A stretch of 64,000 nucleotides of DNA, taken from contig CM022679.1 in assembly GCA_012295275.1 (NCBI GenBank), forward strand, positions 23,312,001 to 23,376,000, in the 5' to 3' direction. A model generated the notes under the pieces. That model was not told where the DNA came from. It saw only the letters and a list, made by a program, of their open reading frames with translations, and did no database searches. The position numbers and the translations under genes were made by a program. This DNA is from Chrysomallon squamiferum. Taxonomy: Eukaryota; Animalia; Mollusca. Positions 26,781-39,024 of this stretch are shown here, piece by piece. Position 1 is the first letter of the stretch. Each line of letters starts with the position of its first letter.

Positions 26781-29700
26781 ATACAGACACACACATACAT
26801 ACATACATTATACACATACAAACACACACACACATACGTGTATATATGAAATTGCTGTATATATAAAGCATAACAAATGTAAAGAATAAATATTTCAAGC
26901 TTCTATAATTTTTAAATATAAAAATTTTACTAAAATAAACTAAAATAAATAAAAAAATGTTAATTATTAATAGGAACACAATATGTTATATTTATTTCAA
27001 AAGAAAAACTGAGAAGAAAACAAGTATAATGGAAAATTAATTAACTTATTGTAATTCCATGATTTCAGGTAATAAACCGTATGACATCTTCATTGTCTTT
27101 ATTTATACACCGTGACAGTATGTAAAAACCAGTTTGATTGGTAACAGAATTAGAATTAGTCACATGACCCAATGAAACCAGTTATAACGAAACAGATTGG
27201 CAATTATGCAAATGAGATAATTAATATTCATTACTTCCCAGAAAAAAACTTTTTACTTCAAACATACACATCACCTTTGGAATTTTGGAAAATTACTCGG
27301 CATTTTAAAATATACCCTCCTCCACCCCCACCACTTTTCATGCATGATTAGCTGCGTCTGCTAAGCAGAAACGTGTGAATTATTAAGAAGGCCATCCTTC
27401 ATCACAGCTGCACTACACAAGCACCAAAGACAGCAGCCATTAGGGATGTCCTCAAAAGTCCTGAAATATTAATGAGCCTGTGTCCACCATCTTTCTAATG
27501 TCGTTGATAAGCAGATCATACTGGTTTTACCGATCACTAGATTAAGAAGTTTAACACAAAAAAAAAAAAAAAAAAAAAAACATTTTAAATTAAAAATTAA
27601 TGAAATTTATTTCTGTAACAGATTGGAAATGTAGTTTTTTTTTGAAAATATTGGAAAGTATATAAGAACTGGATGATAGTTTTTCAGATTCAGTGTAGAT
27701 TTTGTGTCGATGGGTGGAGAGTGGATTTTGGATAGTTCTTGATAGTTTTTTTGCTGCATTTTTATTTTTTAATAGTTTTTTGATAGTTTCTGCTGTGGTT
27801 TTGGATAGCTGTTTTCTGTATTGTTAAGAATTTTACTGCCTTTTTCAATTCTTTTTTCAACAATTTGGATTATTAAACATATCTACTTGAAAATAAGAAA
27901 AATAATGGGTAAGATTTGCCTTTGTTTAATTAATAATATTTTATTTATAACTGTTATTTATTTAATAATTAATTTTTTTAGTAAACAGTTTTAATTTAAT
28001 GAAAATATATATATATATATAGGTATACTTTTAATTCTTTTCAAATTTTGACCTTTTAAATTATTATATTTTTAATTTTTTTTCTATTTTTTATTTTATT
28101 TATTCACTTTTTTATTTTATTTTCATTTTATTTTATTTCATTTATAATTTAGCTTATTTTATTTTATTCTATTCTGTTCTATTTTAATTATTTTTTAATT
28201 TATATTTGTTTCATCTTTTTCTTTGTTTTATTGCTAAATGATTATTCTTACAAACAAACATTTTTTAATGTTTCATTTTTTTAAATATCATTTTTTGTTT
28301 GAATTTATTTTATGTTTGATTAACATGTATTTATTATTGTTTATTTTAACTTTTAAATTTTCATTTCTTCTTATTTTTTTAATAAAAAAAAAAATTTCTT
28401 TTTGTTTTTATATGACAGTCATAGTTATTTATTTTTTATTTATATTTTGATTTTATTTCTTCCTATATTTTATAATATTTTATTTTGTTTCTTTTATTTC
28501 ATTTATTTTATTCTATTTATTTAATTTTATTTATTATTTTTTATTTTTTGTATTTTTAGTCTTTCTCTTTTTTGGAGTTTATTTATTTAGGAAATGAAAA
28601 AAAAAAAATCTTTATTTTATAAAGAATGGACATTTAAAATTAAAATAAAAACTTAAAAATAGTCTTAGTTTATAAAATAACATAATTTAAATTTTTTTAA
28701 TTGGTTTGAAAAAGAAGAAAAGAAATTTATATGATTAAGATTCAGCAGCAGTGCCTGTGTTTAAAAAAATAAAATTAAAATAAAATAAAATAAACAACAC
28801 AAAATTACACAATTTTGTTAAATTAAACTGTCATTTAATTCATTTTTCAAAAAAAAAGTTTCTGATAAAAGTCTTAAAATATAAAAAAAGCAAAAAAAAA
28901 AATTTTAAATTATAAAAAATTAAACAGTTTTTTTAACAAAATACAAAATTATTTCCTCAACTTAAATAACAAGAAAACCTTTTTTTTTTAATCTTTACAA
29001 ATCCTTTTTTTCCCATTCTCACCGCCATTTTTCTATAAGATTCCCAAGGTGACGTGATGTCGTGAACTTCGTCTTAGATGTTTAAATCGATGACTACGAC
29101 AACATTTTTGTTGACTTGTTGCTTTGTGTGTTATAATAGCTGTGAGCGCCAAATTACACATCAGATTTCAATCATCAAACATCTGAAAATCCTTTCCAAA
29201 TTTGCTTGGTTAAGCTTTGTTTTTCTTTTTTCCCTTCTTTAGATGAGCAATCGAAGAAACCCCAGTTTTAGATTGGCTGTTGAAAGCAGAGACAAGAAAA
29301 CCTGGTCAGGAGAACGTTGTCTTCAGGTAAGTCATTGTTTTTATTCAAATTTAGTCTGAGAAATTTACCTTGTTTGTGAATCATAGATGTAGGTTTTTAT
29401 TTATGTGAATTAATTGGGCAGTTAAATTACAGGTAAGATATTTTGTTAATAAAAATAATTATGATTTTTTTTTTTTTTTTTCGTTTTTTTTCTTGAATAA
29501 GTAATATTTGATATTTGAATAAACATAGGTAAAATGAAAAGAAAAGTTATTTTTATAGGTATAATTTAGTTTTATGTGTTTTGAATTTTATTTTGTTAAT
29601 TAATAGGTTTTTACAGGTAAAACTTAATTTAATATTCATTAATTGTAGAACTGTACAAGTAAATGTTAATTTTCAGAGCAGTATAAATATTTTTAGTTTC

Positions 29701-31887
29701 AGATTCAAATATAAATAAGATAATTCAGTTCTTTTATTGATTTTGTTTATTTTTATTTTAGTTTAGTTTAGTTTATTTATTTATTTATTTACTTATTTAT
29801 TTATTCATCAATTTATTTATTTATTTGTTATTATTATTGTTATTTTATTATTATTATTATTATTAATTTGGTTTTTATATATACCTTTTTTATTCATTTC
29901 ATTTTGTTTTATTTCATTTTGATTGAAGTCACTGGTTTTAATTTTAAAAAATGTATACATATACATACATACATGCAGTAGTAATATTCTTAAAATATAA
30001 ATTCACCAATCTCACATTATATTAACTTAACACCATTTAATCAACAACCATATCAATTCTTGAATCTTCAGAAAATTTTTTTTTTTTTTTTAAAACTCAC
30101 AAATACTTAAACCTCTGTTATTTAACCACAAATGGACACACACACACACACAACTCAAACACATTATAAAAATAAAAATATTTATTACACCAGGTACAGC
30201 CAGCACCTACCACATGTTTTCAGAAAATGGTTCATGCAGTAGCAAAAGAGTATCTAACTGACGAGCTGGACAGGCAGTACTACGCTGACCGCTACCGATG
30301 TTGTCCCCCACCCCTCCTCATCCCTGGGATCACGTTGCTAGAGGTAAGTAACATTACAAATTATATTTGTATATTTTATATGCATATTTAAAGATTTAAA
30401 GGCACGGTACAAATTTTATATAACCCTTTGAATCATTTTAGCCAAAAGAAAAAAATTTTTATCTGAGCAGTTAATATTTTTAGTTAATTATAAAGACACA
30501 CTGTTTTAAAATGTTAAAAGATAATATGGATTATAGACTTAAGAAACCCATCATCCTGAATTTGAAATTGTGCGTAATGATACTTGTATTTTGTTCAGTA
30601 ATAAAATAACTATTAAAAATTGTAATATTTTGGCTGTATATAAAATAGGCTATTTCTTTTATTGAAATGCTGTATAGCAAGTTGGTTATCTCAACTTAAA
30701 ATGGTGTATAATAAATTAGCTATTTCAACTTCAAATAATCTGTAACAAATTGGCTATTTCAACTATTAAATTAATATATAAAAATTAATTTTTTCAGCTT
30801 AAAATAACGTATAACAAATTCACTATTTCAACTTAAAATACTGCATACTAAATTAGCTGTTAACACTTAAAATAATCCATAACAAATTGGCTATTTCAAC
30901 ATACAACAGAGTATAACAAATTAGCTATTTCAACACAAATCAATATAACAAATTGGCTATTTCAACAGAAATCAGTGTAACAAATTGGCTATTTCAACAC
31001 AAATCAGTATAACAAATTGGCTATTTGAACATAAATCAGTATAACAAATTGGCTATTTCAACATAAAACAGAGTATAGCAAATTAGCTATTTCAACATAA
31101 AACAGTATAACAAATTGGCTATTTCAACACAAAAGACTATAACAAATTGGCTATTTCAATATAAAACAGAGTATAACAAACTGACTGTTTGTTCCAATTT
31201 AACTATAAAATTTACTTCATGGACAAATAAAAATATTACAGATTTTTCTGATGATTTAAATAATCATTTATTTTCTATATTGATTTCAATTTGGTTAATA
31301 CTAATAATAGTTGTAATAATAATAAAATACACTGTATTAACATAATAATAATAATTTATTTTGTATTTGTAAATTATAAACTATCTATTAAACAAATTAT
31401 GTTAATAATTTGTTAAGTGTCAGATGATGTATTAATTAAATGAATATATATTTAATAATTAATAATTCTGTATTATATAATGGCTTTTATTTTTGTTTAC
31501 TTTTTCAAGAAAAAATAATAACTGCAGCAACAATAATAATAATTATTATAAAATAATACTTATTATAATAGTGATAGTAATAATAATAGTAATAATAATA
31601 AATTAATGATGATCATGATAATAAAGATAATCATGAAGATGATAATGATAAGAATTAAAAATAATAAGAAGAATAATAGCAATAGTTATTATAGTATAAA
31701 CTTGTTTTTAATAATGATAATAAGAAGAATTAATAATAATAATAATAATAATAATGATGATAATAATGATGATAATAATAAGAAGAAATAATAATAATAA
31801 TAATAAGAAGAAGAAGAAGAAGAAGAATTAATAATAATAATAATAATGTATTTCAGATTGGCTGTTTTATCTACTATGATGATGATG

Positions 31888-31927
<40 letters not shown>

Positions 31928-34268
31928 TAATGTATTTCAGATTGGCTGTTTTATCTACTATGGTCTGCAAGCTGGTAGTATTGAAGCCAATGGTCCAGTG
32001 CCCATCAACAGTGTCTTTATCTACCGTCCTGACCGGAGACTCGAACTCTGGCGCTTTCTTATGTACATGCTCATCCACGCTGGGTATGTAACTGCACACA
32101 CAGACAGCACAGTGCACCTTTTTCCTTTCTTTATTTCCTTTTAATTTGTTTGTTGTTATCTTTCCATGAGGGTTTTATTTTACTTTTTTACTTTTTGCTT
32201 TTTCTTGGACAAGGTATTTTTTTGTTGTTGTTGTTGTTTTAATTTTGTTTTTTTAATCTTTTTTAACATTGTTTTTTTTTAATCTTTTTTATGTTTTTTT
32301 TTTTTTGTTTATTTGTTTGTTTTTTGTTTTTTGATTGTAATTTTTAATTTTAATTTTTTTTTTAAACTCAATAGAAGTAAAATTATAACCTGAAATGATT
32401 TTTGTTTTCTCTTAAAATCTTCATGTTACAGACATTTATCTCAAAAATACATATTTTTTATATATCATAAACCTGTTTTGGTATCAGACATATGCATATT
32501 TTTCAATCAGTTATAAGTAGTAACCTGGTTAAAAAAAAAAAAAAAAAAAAATCAGCATGACCTAGTCATTGTTATTATTTTTTTTAATATTTTCTGTCTC
32601 CAAATAGCACGAAACAAAAATTTGTATCAATTGAAATGAAGCTTTGTCTTTGTTTCATACAAAATAATGAATTTTTCCAAACACTATTCTGTCAGTTTTA
32701 TCTTTTCCAAAGCTTACCTATTGAAAAGTTAGATACATTTTTTATGAGATGCTAGGTGGGTTTCTATGCTATCGGGAGGTTTTCATCTCAAAAGGAATTG
32801 ATTTTCAATTCATCACAATGGCTGCCTTATCTCATCTGCCTGTTATTGTTATTGTTCCAGTTGCAGAGTTTTGAAACAAATGTTTGAATATTCATGATGG
32901 ACTATTTTTTTGATTAGTCATTAGGGCAAATCTGAAATTGAAGAGTTTGTATAAATAGCTGTGGTTTGTCTGTTTTGTAATTCTGTTTAATAATTTATTT
33001 TAAATGACTAAGGCATAGATGAGTTTAGTGTATTGGCGATTACTTCTTGGATAGTTGTTTGGGATTTTTTTTGTTTTTGTTTTTCTCAATTTTGTCTATA
33101 TGTTTATCTTTATATTTATTTTGTTTATTTTTTATTGTTTATTATTCTTATTATTTTTTATTATTATTTTTTTTTTTACTTTATTTAAGAATGAATGAAT
33201 GGATAAATAATAAATACATGAAATAAAGAAGAAAAGAAAGAAATACTAAATTAATATATATATATATATATAAAGTTGTTTTTTTTGAAATTTTAAAATA
33301 AAGTTGGTTCACAACATTTAAAGCATAATGCCAAGCATGGCTGCACATCACTACAATATTTTCAGCAAAACCAAAATTTTCATTAATTAATGAGCTGATA
33401 ACATTTATAGCTCAGTTGAATACAGTATTAATTGGAGAAATTTCTGCTTTATGAATCAGCCTTTGTTAATCTCATTGATTTCTGAAACACAGCATATAAC
33501 ATTTTGAAAGAATATTATTTTTAAATTTTTCATTTATTTTTTTATTTATTTTTGTTTATTTTTAAAATATTTATTTATTTATTTATTTATTTCATCATGT
33601 ACTATTCAAGTAATGTGTTGCTGTGCAGAGAAATGAAAATGACAATATTTTATATCTATCAGTCTATCTATCTGTCTGTCTGTCTGGCTATCTATCTGTC
33701 TGGCTCTCTATCTATCTGTCTGTCTATCTAGCTATCTATCAAACTGCCAAGCTATCTATCTGTCTAGCTATCAATATATTTATCTGTTTATCTATCTGTT
33801 TATTTATCTTTCTATCTTTCTATTTATCTGTCTATCTAACTATCTATCTATCTGTCTATCTATCTATCTATCTATCTATTTCTCAAACTGTCAGTCTGTC
33901 TGGCTATCTATAGGTCTATATATCTATATATCTATTTGTCTGACTAACTCTGTCTATCTGTCTAACTATCTATCTATCTAACTGTTAGGCTGTCTATCTA
34001 TCTATCTATGTTTATATATGACTGTTTCTGTTGCAGGTATGTTCATCTGTTTTTCAACATGCTAGTTTTATATATACATAGTGGTTGGAATATCTAGAGA
34101 TGGTTCATGGGTCTTTCAGAATTCTCATTGTTTACATTTTATATACATTGCAGGTTTGTTTTACTTTTTATAGACATATATATTACATATTATACATATT
34201 ACATTACATATATATATATATATATACATATATACATTTACATATATATATATATATATATATGTATG

Positions 34269-34299
<31 letters not shown>

Positions 34300-35318
34300 A
34301 TTTTATATTATTACAAATATACATATACATTACATTTAGAAGCAGGCATTTATAATAAATGAGAAAGATTTTGGGTTTATTTTATTTTTTTTTTTTTTTT
34401 CTGTTGATTCAAGGCAATAGTATTATTATTATTATTATTAAAATATTATTAATTCAGATTATTACAAATTATTTTTTTTTTTTTTTTAATTCTGTGGAAA
34501 CACTGTGATTAACTATTTGATAAAATTATTATTATCAATAAAATGTTTATTTCATTATTTATTATTATTATTATTATTGTTGTGAATGTTTTATTCATTC
34601 AGAATGTTTTAACAATTAGTGAATTTTTTAATCCTATCAAACAATGTTTTAACTATTTGTTAAAATGTTTTATCAATAAAATGTTTTTAACAATCAGTAT
34701 ATATTTTAACAGAAAGCTTTGTGTTTTAACAATCAGTGAATGTTTTAACAGTCAGTGAATGTTTTAACAATCAGTGAATGTTTTTAACAGTCAGTGAATG
34801 TTTTAGCAATCAGTGAATGTTTTAACAGTGAATGTTTTAACAATCAGTGAATGTTTTAACAGTCAGTGAATGTTTTAACAGTGAATGTTTTAACAAACAG
34901 TGAATGTTTTAGCAATCAGTGAATGTTTTAACAATCAGTGAATGTTTTAGCAATCAGTGAATGTTTTAACAAACAGTGAATGTTTTAACAGTCAGTGAAT
35001 GTTTTAACAATCAGTGAATGTTTTAGCAGTCAGTGAATGTTTTAACAGTGAATGTTTTAACAGTCAGTGAATGTTTTAACAGTGAATGTTTTAGCAGTCA
35101 GTGAATGTTGTAACAGTCAGTGAATGTTTTAACAATCAGTGAATACTTCCAGGTTCTCTGGGAACATCAGTGTTTGACATGGATGCTTTTCTGGTTGGTG
35201 CGTCAGGTGGAGTCTATGCATTACTGGCAGCACACTTAGCTAATATTTTATTAGTAAGTCACTTACTGCGTTTTTAGTAAGACACTTACTTACACATGCA
35301 TCTCTCTCTCTCTCTGTA

Positions 35319-35354
<36 letters not shown>

Positions 35355-35396
35355 CCTCTCTTTCTCTCTCTTGCTCTCTCTCTCTCTTGCTCTCTC

Positions 35397-35435
<39 letters not shown>

Positions 35436-35520
35436 CTCTCTCACCCTCTCTTGCTGTCTCTCTCTCTCTCTGAATTGTTGTTAGCAAATTAAATTCTTTT
35501 TTTTCTTCTTTATGTTCTTC

Positions 35521-35578
<58 letters not shown>

Positions 35579-35759
35579 AAATTATTACTGTATAAAAATT
35601 TGTTTCTGTTGTTCAAAAAAAAAAAAAAAATCTGATGTCTGTTCAGTTGTTTTTTTTCTCTTATATACTGGAGTTTCAGCAGTATTCTCATCAGATTTAA
35701 TTTGTATAAAATTGTATGTTTACATATTGTTGTTGTCATTATTATTTCAAAAACGAATG

Positions 35760-35818
<59 letters not shown>

Positions 35819-36088
35819 CATGGAATTTATGAATATAATATAATGTTGTTATCATTTTTCTTCATTTCAGAACTATTCACATATGGAGCTAGGAATTTTA
35901 AAACTGACTGCTGTTTTTCTAATTGGTGAGTTTAAACTAACAAAATGATCAGTATAGTTATAATTTTAAAAATATCTGTGTCCATACCTATATGTGCAGT
36001 TTATTTGTTTATTCAAGTGTATTGAGATAGAAATAAACATGTTATAGCATGATTCCAAAATGTTATTTAGCCACTGTAAAATAATACA

Positions 36089-36142
<54 letters not shown>

Positions 36143-36581
36143 ACACATATATAAATACTTATATAAATATATACATGTAAACAGAGAGAAATATTGTTTT
36201 TCAATGCTAGTATTTAAATAGTGGTAATTTTATTAAATTTATTTTATTTTATTTTATTTTATTCTATTTTATTTTATTTTATTTTTCATTTTATTTTATT
36301 ATTTCCACTCTATTTTATTATGTATATTATTTATTTATTTTCCAGCCAGTGCTGATGTAGGTTTTGCCATCTGGGATCGCTACACACATAAGACTGAGTC
36401 GGTGCCTCCCATTGGCTACACTGCACACTTGATGGGGGCCCTGGCAGGGCTAACGATTGGTTTAGTGGTGTTAAAAAACTTTGAACAAAAACTGCATGAA
36501 CAATACATGTGGTGGATTGCTCTTGCTGTTTATCTTGGATGTGTTGTGTTTGCTATTTTCTGGAATATATTTTACTACTGA
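13158..36581 (+). CDS. RHBDL3: Rhomboid-family intramembrane serine protease, RHBDL1/RHBDL3-like (spliced, 10 coding exons, ~380 aa)
   Basis: Phase-compatible GT-AG exons give [10 protein letters not shown]...[39 protein letters not shown] (WR motif), LEMVHG, catalytic GASGG, catalytic AHLMG and KNFEQKL...WW...FWNIFYY*. These are collinear with vertebrate RHBDL1/3 as I recall them. The symbol marks the closest family resemblance, not proven orthology. Confidence 0.92.
15330..15900. repeat. Degenerate AT-rich tandem repeat, ~65-bp unit
   Basis: Recurring tttataatctaaataccattag…ttgttattttattaatac…agctgtattta. Confidence 0.75.
16678..17057. repeat. Minisatellite, ~25-bp unit (cttgacattttcctgaaccactcta)
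   Basis: Head-to-tail diverged copies. Confidence 0.9.
17454..17504 (+). CDS. Rhomboid candidate alternative first exon ([17 protein letters not shown])
   Basis: gaaATGg, 17 codons, phase-0 donor CAG|GTAAAA. Lies at the end of an isolated CpG-rich patch (~17070-17430). Confidence 0.45.
18074..18220 (+). repeat. ~150-bp intronic duplication, copy 1
   Basis: Aligns with 19431-19587. Confidence 0.85.
19431..19587 (+). repeat. ~150-bp intronic duplication, copy 2
   Basis: Shares agtgtttaaaaataac, gtacaaagctaactatag, aacagcaaattaaa, tgaagataatt and ttgagaaagt with copy 1. Confidence 0.85.
20290..20397. repeat. (AAAT)n/(AAAAT)n repeat
   Basis: Visible tandem run. Confidence 0.9.
21294..21317 (+). 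CDS. Rhomboid 24-nt microexon (RWKPLFDQ)
   Basis: Long poly-T tract, TTTCAG| acceptor, CAG|GTAAAT donor. Resembles HWKVLFDQ of RHBDL3. Confidence 0.85.
22077..22281. repeat. ~117-bp tandem duplication (third diverged copy at ~22730-22830)
   Basis: aaacaaagacatttcctataatttaaagaaa occurs at 22077 and 22194. Confidence 0.8.
24011..24046 (+). CDS. Rhomboid candidate alternative first exon ([12 protein letters not shown])
   Basis: TATAAAA at 23886 and a small CpG cluster at 23896-23943. 12 codons, strong phase-0 donor CAG|GTAAGG. Confidence 0.35.
25610..25774 (+). CDS. Rhomboid exon, EF-hand-like cytosolic region
   Basis: TTTTAG|[18 protein letters not shown]...VSYQEFINI|GTAAGT; 165 nt, phase 0/0. 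Confidence 0.9.
29243..29326 (+). CDS. Rhomboid exon ([28 protein letters not shown])
   Basis: Pyrimidine tract + TTTAG|, CAG|GTAAGT; 84 nt. Confidence 0.9.
30194..30343 (+). CDS. Rhomboid exon (…[22 protein letters not shown])
   Basis: CCAG| acceptor, GAG|GTAAGT donor; 150 nt; conserved CCPPP motif. Confidence 0.92.
30680..31180. repeat. Minisatellite, ~32-35-bp unit (tataacaaattggctatttcaacacaaatcag)
   Basis: Head-to-tail copies, more degenerate at the 5' end. Confidence 0.9.
31941..32083 (+). CDS. Rhomboid exon, TM1 end/L1 loop (IGCFIYY…[14 protein letters not shown])
   Basis: TTTCAG| acceptor, GG|GTATGT donor; WR motif. Confidence 0.92.
33650..34010. repeat. (TATC/TGTC)n tetranucleotide repeat
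   Basis: Visible degenerate tetramers. Confidence 0.85.
34037..34153 (+). CDS. Rhomboid exon with disrupted reading frame as assembled ([10 protein letters not shown]…[20 protein letters not shown]…IA)
   Basis: TTGCAG| and CAG|GTTTGT bound recognisable rhomboid peptides that lie in three frames. In-frame TAG at 34095. Confidence 0.8.
34680..35144. repeat. Minisatellite, 19/15-bp units (aatcagtgaatgttttaac), abutting the catalytic exon acceptor
   Basis: More than 20 head-to-tail copies ending about 8 nt before exon start 35153. Confidence 0.92.
35153..35253 (+). CDS. Rhomboid catalytic-serine exon ([34 protein letters not shown])
   Basis: TTCCAG| acceptor, GTAAGT donor; GxSG motif. Confidence 0.95.
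35871..35925 (+). CDS. Rhomboid exon ([18 protein letters not shown])
   Basis: TTTCAG| acceptor, G|GTGAGT donor; phase 0/1. Confidence 0.9.
36346..36581 (+). CDS. Rhomboid last exon with catalytic His (…[12 protein letters not shown]…FWNIFYY*)
   Basis: TTCCAG| acceptor; AHxxG motif with the His codon at 36426; stop TGA at 36579-36581. Confidence 0.95.
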
Positions 36582-37887
36582 AACATTTTTTGAGAGATGT
36601 CATATATTTTATTATGTATGTGTGTCTGTGAGAGAAAATAAATTAATTTATTAAATGAATACTAAAATATAAAAATTTTTACATTTGTATAATTTAAAAC
36701 AAAAATCTCATTAATTTATTTTAAACTAATTTTACTTATTTATTTATTCATTTTTTATACTATTTATATTAATTGTTTGTTATTTATTTATCTATTAAAA
36801 TATTTATTAACTTACTTAATTATTTATTTTATTTTATATTGTTATTTATTGATATATTTATTTATTAAAATATTATTAACTTATTTAATTATTTATTAAT
36901 AACTTCTGTCACGAGTCATTTTTATTCATTTTGTGTTTTTGTTATAATTTATTATAAACAATTCACTTAAATTTTATTAAAAATTTTATTGCTTATATCA
37001 TTATTTTTATTCTATGATCAGAAATAGGGCATCTTTTTCTATTATTGTTAGAACTGTCTTATATTATTTATAAATACAGATATTAAACTTAATATTACAG
37101 TGATATCAAAACACAGAATGATGTTCTGTACAAAATCTCAGTTTGTAATCATCAGTTATTTGTTTCACTGCCACCAACATCATCGGCATTGTCATCATCA
37201 TCATCATATAAACTATACAATTTGTACTGACACATATACCATCATCATCATCTTCAGAATCGTGAATGTTAAATGATATTTCTTGAACTCCAGTACTGTC
37301 ATTATCATGCCTTGATTGTTATCTATACTTCTATATATATATATATATATATCACTGGCTTCAAATTGATCTTATTATTAATGCCATCATTATTATCATC
37401 ATCATCACGATTACAATAATCATCAATATAACTATCATTAAATCCATCAGAAAAGTGTTAACAACATCATCATCCCATATTTAAATATCCAGTTTTGTAT
37501 TTTATTTATATTTTAATCTTATCATTATCATCATCATCATTATCATCTCTAATATCATTATCATCAAATGATCACATAATAATCATCACATTTATATTAT
37601 TATCATTTAAATATTTTGTTATTGGAACTGTTCAAAATTTTTGTGTTTAGCATATTTTATTATCTTTATAAATTTAATTTAATTTGAGTGGAGTTTACTA
37701 AGTTTTTTATGGCCTAATTGTTTAATTTTATATTTATATTTTTTTTATATTCCATTTCTATGAAGAATCCATATTCTGAAACTATACAAATTTAATTATT
37801 ATTATTATTATTATTATTTTTACTGCTACTATTATTATCATCTTTATTATTATTGTTATTAATATTATTACTACTACTACTATGATG

Positions 37888-37929
<42 letters not shown>

Positions 37930-38085
37930 TAAATTATAATTATATTCTAAAAATCTTTATAATCTAATTATTTTAATAATATGCATGATGTACAATTTGG
38001 CCTTCGATCAACAAAACCTCATTACCATTATACTTGTATATATATATATATATATTTGTATACTTGATAAATGACATTAATTATG

Positions 38086-38091
38086 AATAAA
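38086..38091 (+). terminator. Candidate distal polyA signal of the rhomboid gene
   Basis: AATAAA followed by a GT-rich tract (tttgtgttatgtgttctt). Coincides with the end of the CpG-poor domain. An alternative AATAAA lies at ~36637. Confidence 0.4.
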
Positions 38092-38218
38092 ATATAAAAT
38101 TCGTATTTTCTTTGTGTTATGTGTTCTTATTGATTATCCAGATCAACAGTTCACACAAATTTATTTGCTAGATGAAATAAACGAATAATATATATCGGCG
38201 AAATATGAGGAAAAGGAG

Positions 38219-38221
<3 letters not shown>

Positions 38222-38304
<83 letters not shown>
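38222..38304. repeat. (GA)n microsatellite
   Basis: Perfect run. Confidence 0.95.
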
Positions 38305-38305
<1 letters not shown>

Positions 38306-38827
38306 GCATGTCTTACCTGCCTGTTACAGTGAGATAAAAATTTCAGTGACTCGCGTTTTTGTATGAATTTTCCTTCTTCATTATTCGTTTAATACAATTA
38401 TTCATATCAGTGTTTATCTAATTAAAATTAATCCTGGCGAATTGTTTAAACTGGTCTGTCTTAGAGAAGACTCATATTAACCTTACCAGGCTGCTAATTG
38501 AAAAATCAGTGTGGCCCAAAGCATCTTTATAATGTTTCCATTCTCATTATACGTGGAGTATTTCTGGACACTAGATCGGTTATTAGAACTAACAAAATGT
38601 CAGAAATTGTCCTCTTTGATAAAATTTTTATTATTGGGTATATGTGATTTTCACAACAAAAAAAAATACTTTTTTAATAAGCGATCGTAGGTATAGTAAT
38701 AGGAGATAACTCTTCGTAATCTAATTGTTTAGGTTTCCATAGCTTATTTCCCTTGATTCGCGTTCCGTCTATTATTTTAGATACCCCTCTTTTTCTGTCT
38801 TTCCTTCGTCTTCTTTCTTTTTTCTTC

Positions 38828-38888
<61 letters not shown>

Positions 38889-38969
38889 TAATCTGTTTCT
38901 AATGTCGGGATTGTTATTTTGAGTGCACGTATGTATGTATATTTATTTATGTATGTATGTATGTATGTG

Positions 38970-39024
<55 letters not shown>

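Noticed and set aside
31689-32117. Minus-strand 142-aa ORF and plus-strand 81-aa ORF
   Set aside because: Antisense and off-frame readings of the rhomboid exon 31941-32083 plus an AAT repeat.
16678-35144. Regular repeat arrays at 16.7, 30.7 and 34.7 kb as possible CRISPR arrays
   Set aside because: The units are head-to-tail with no unique spacers, there are no cas genes, and the context is eukaryotic introns.
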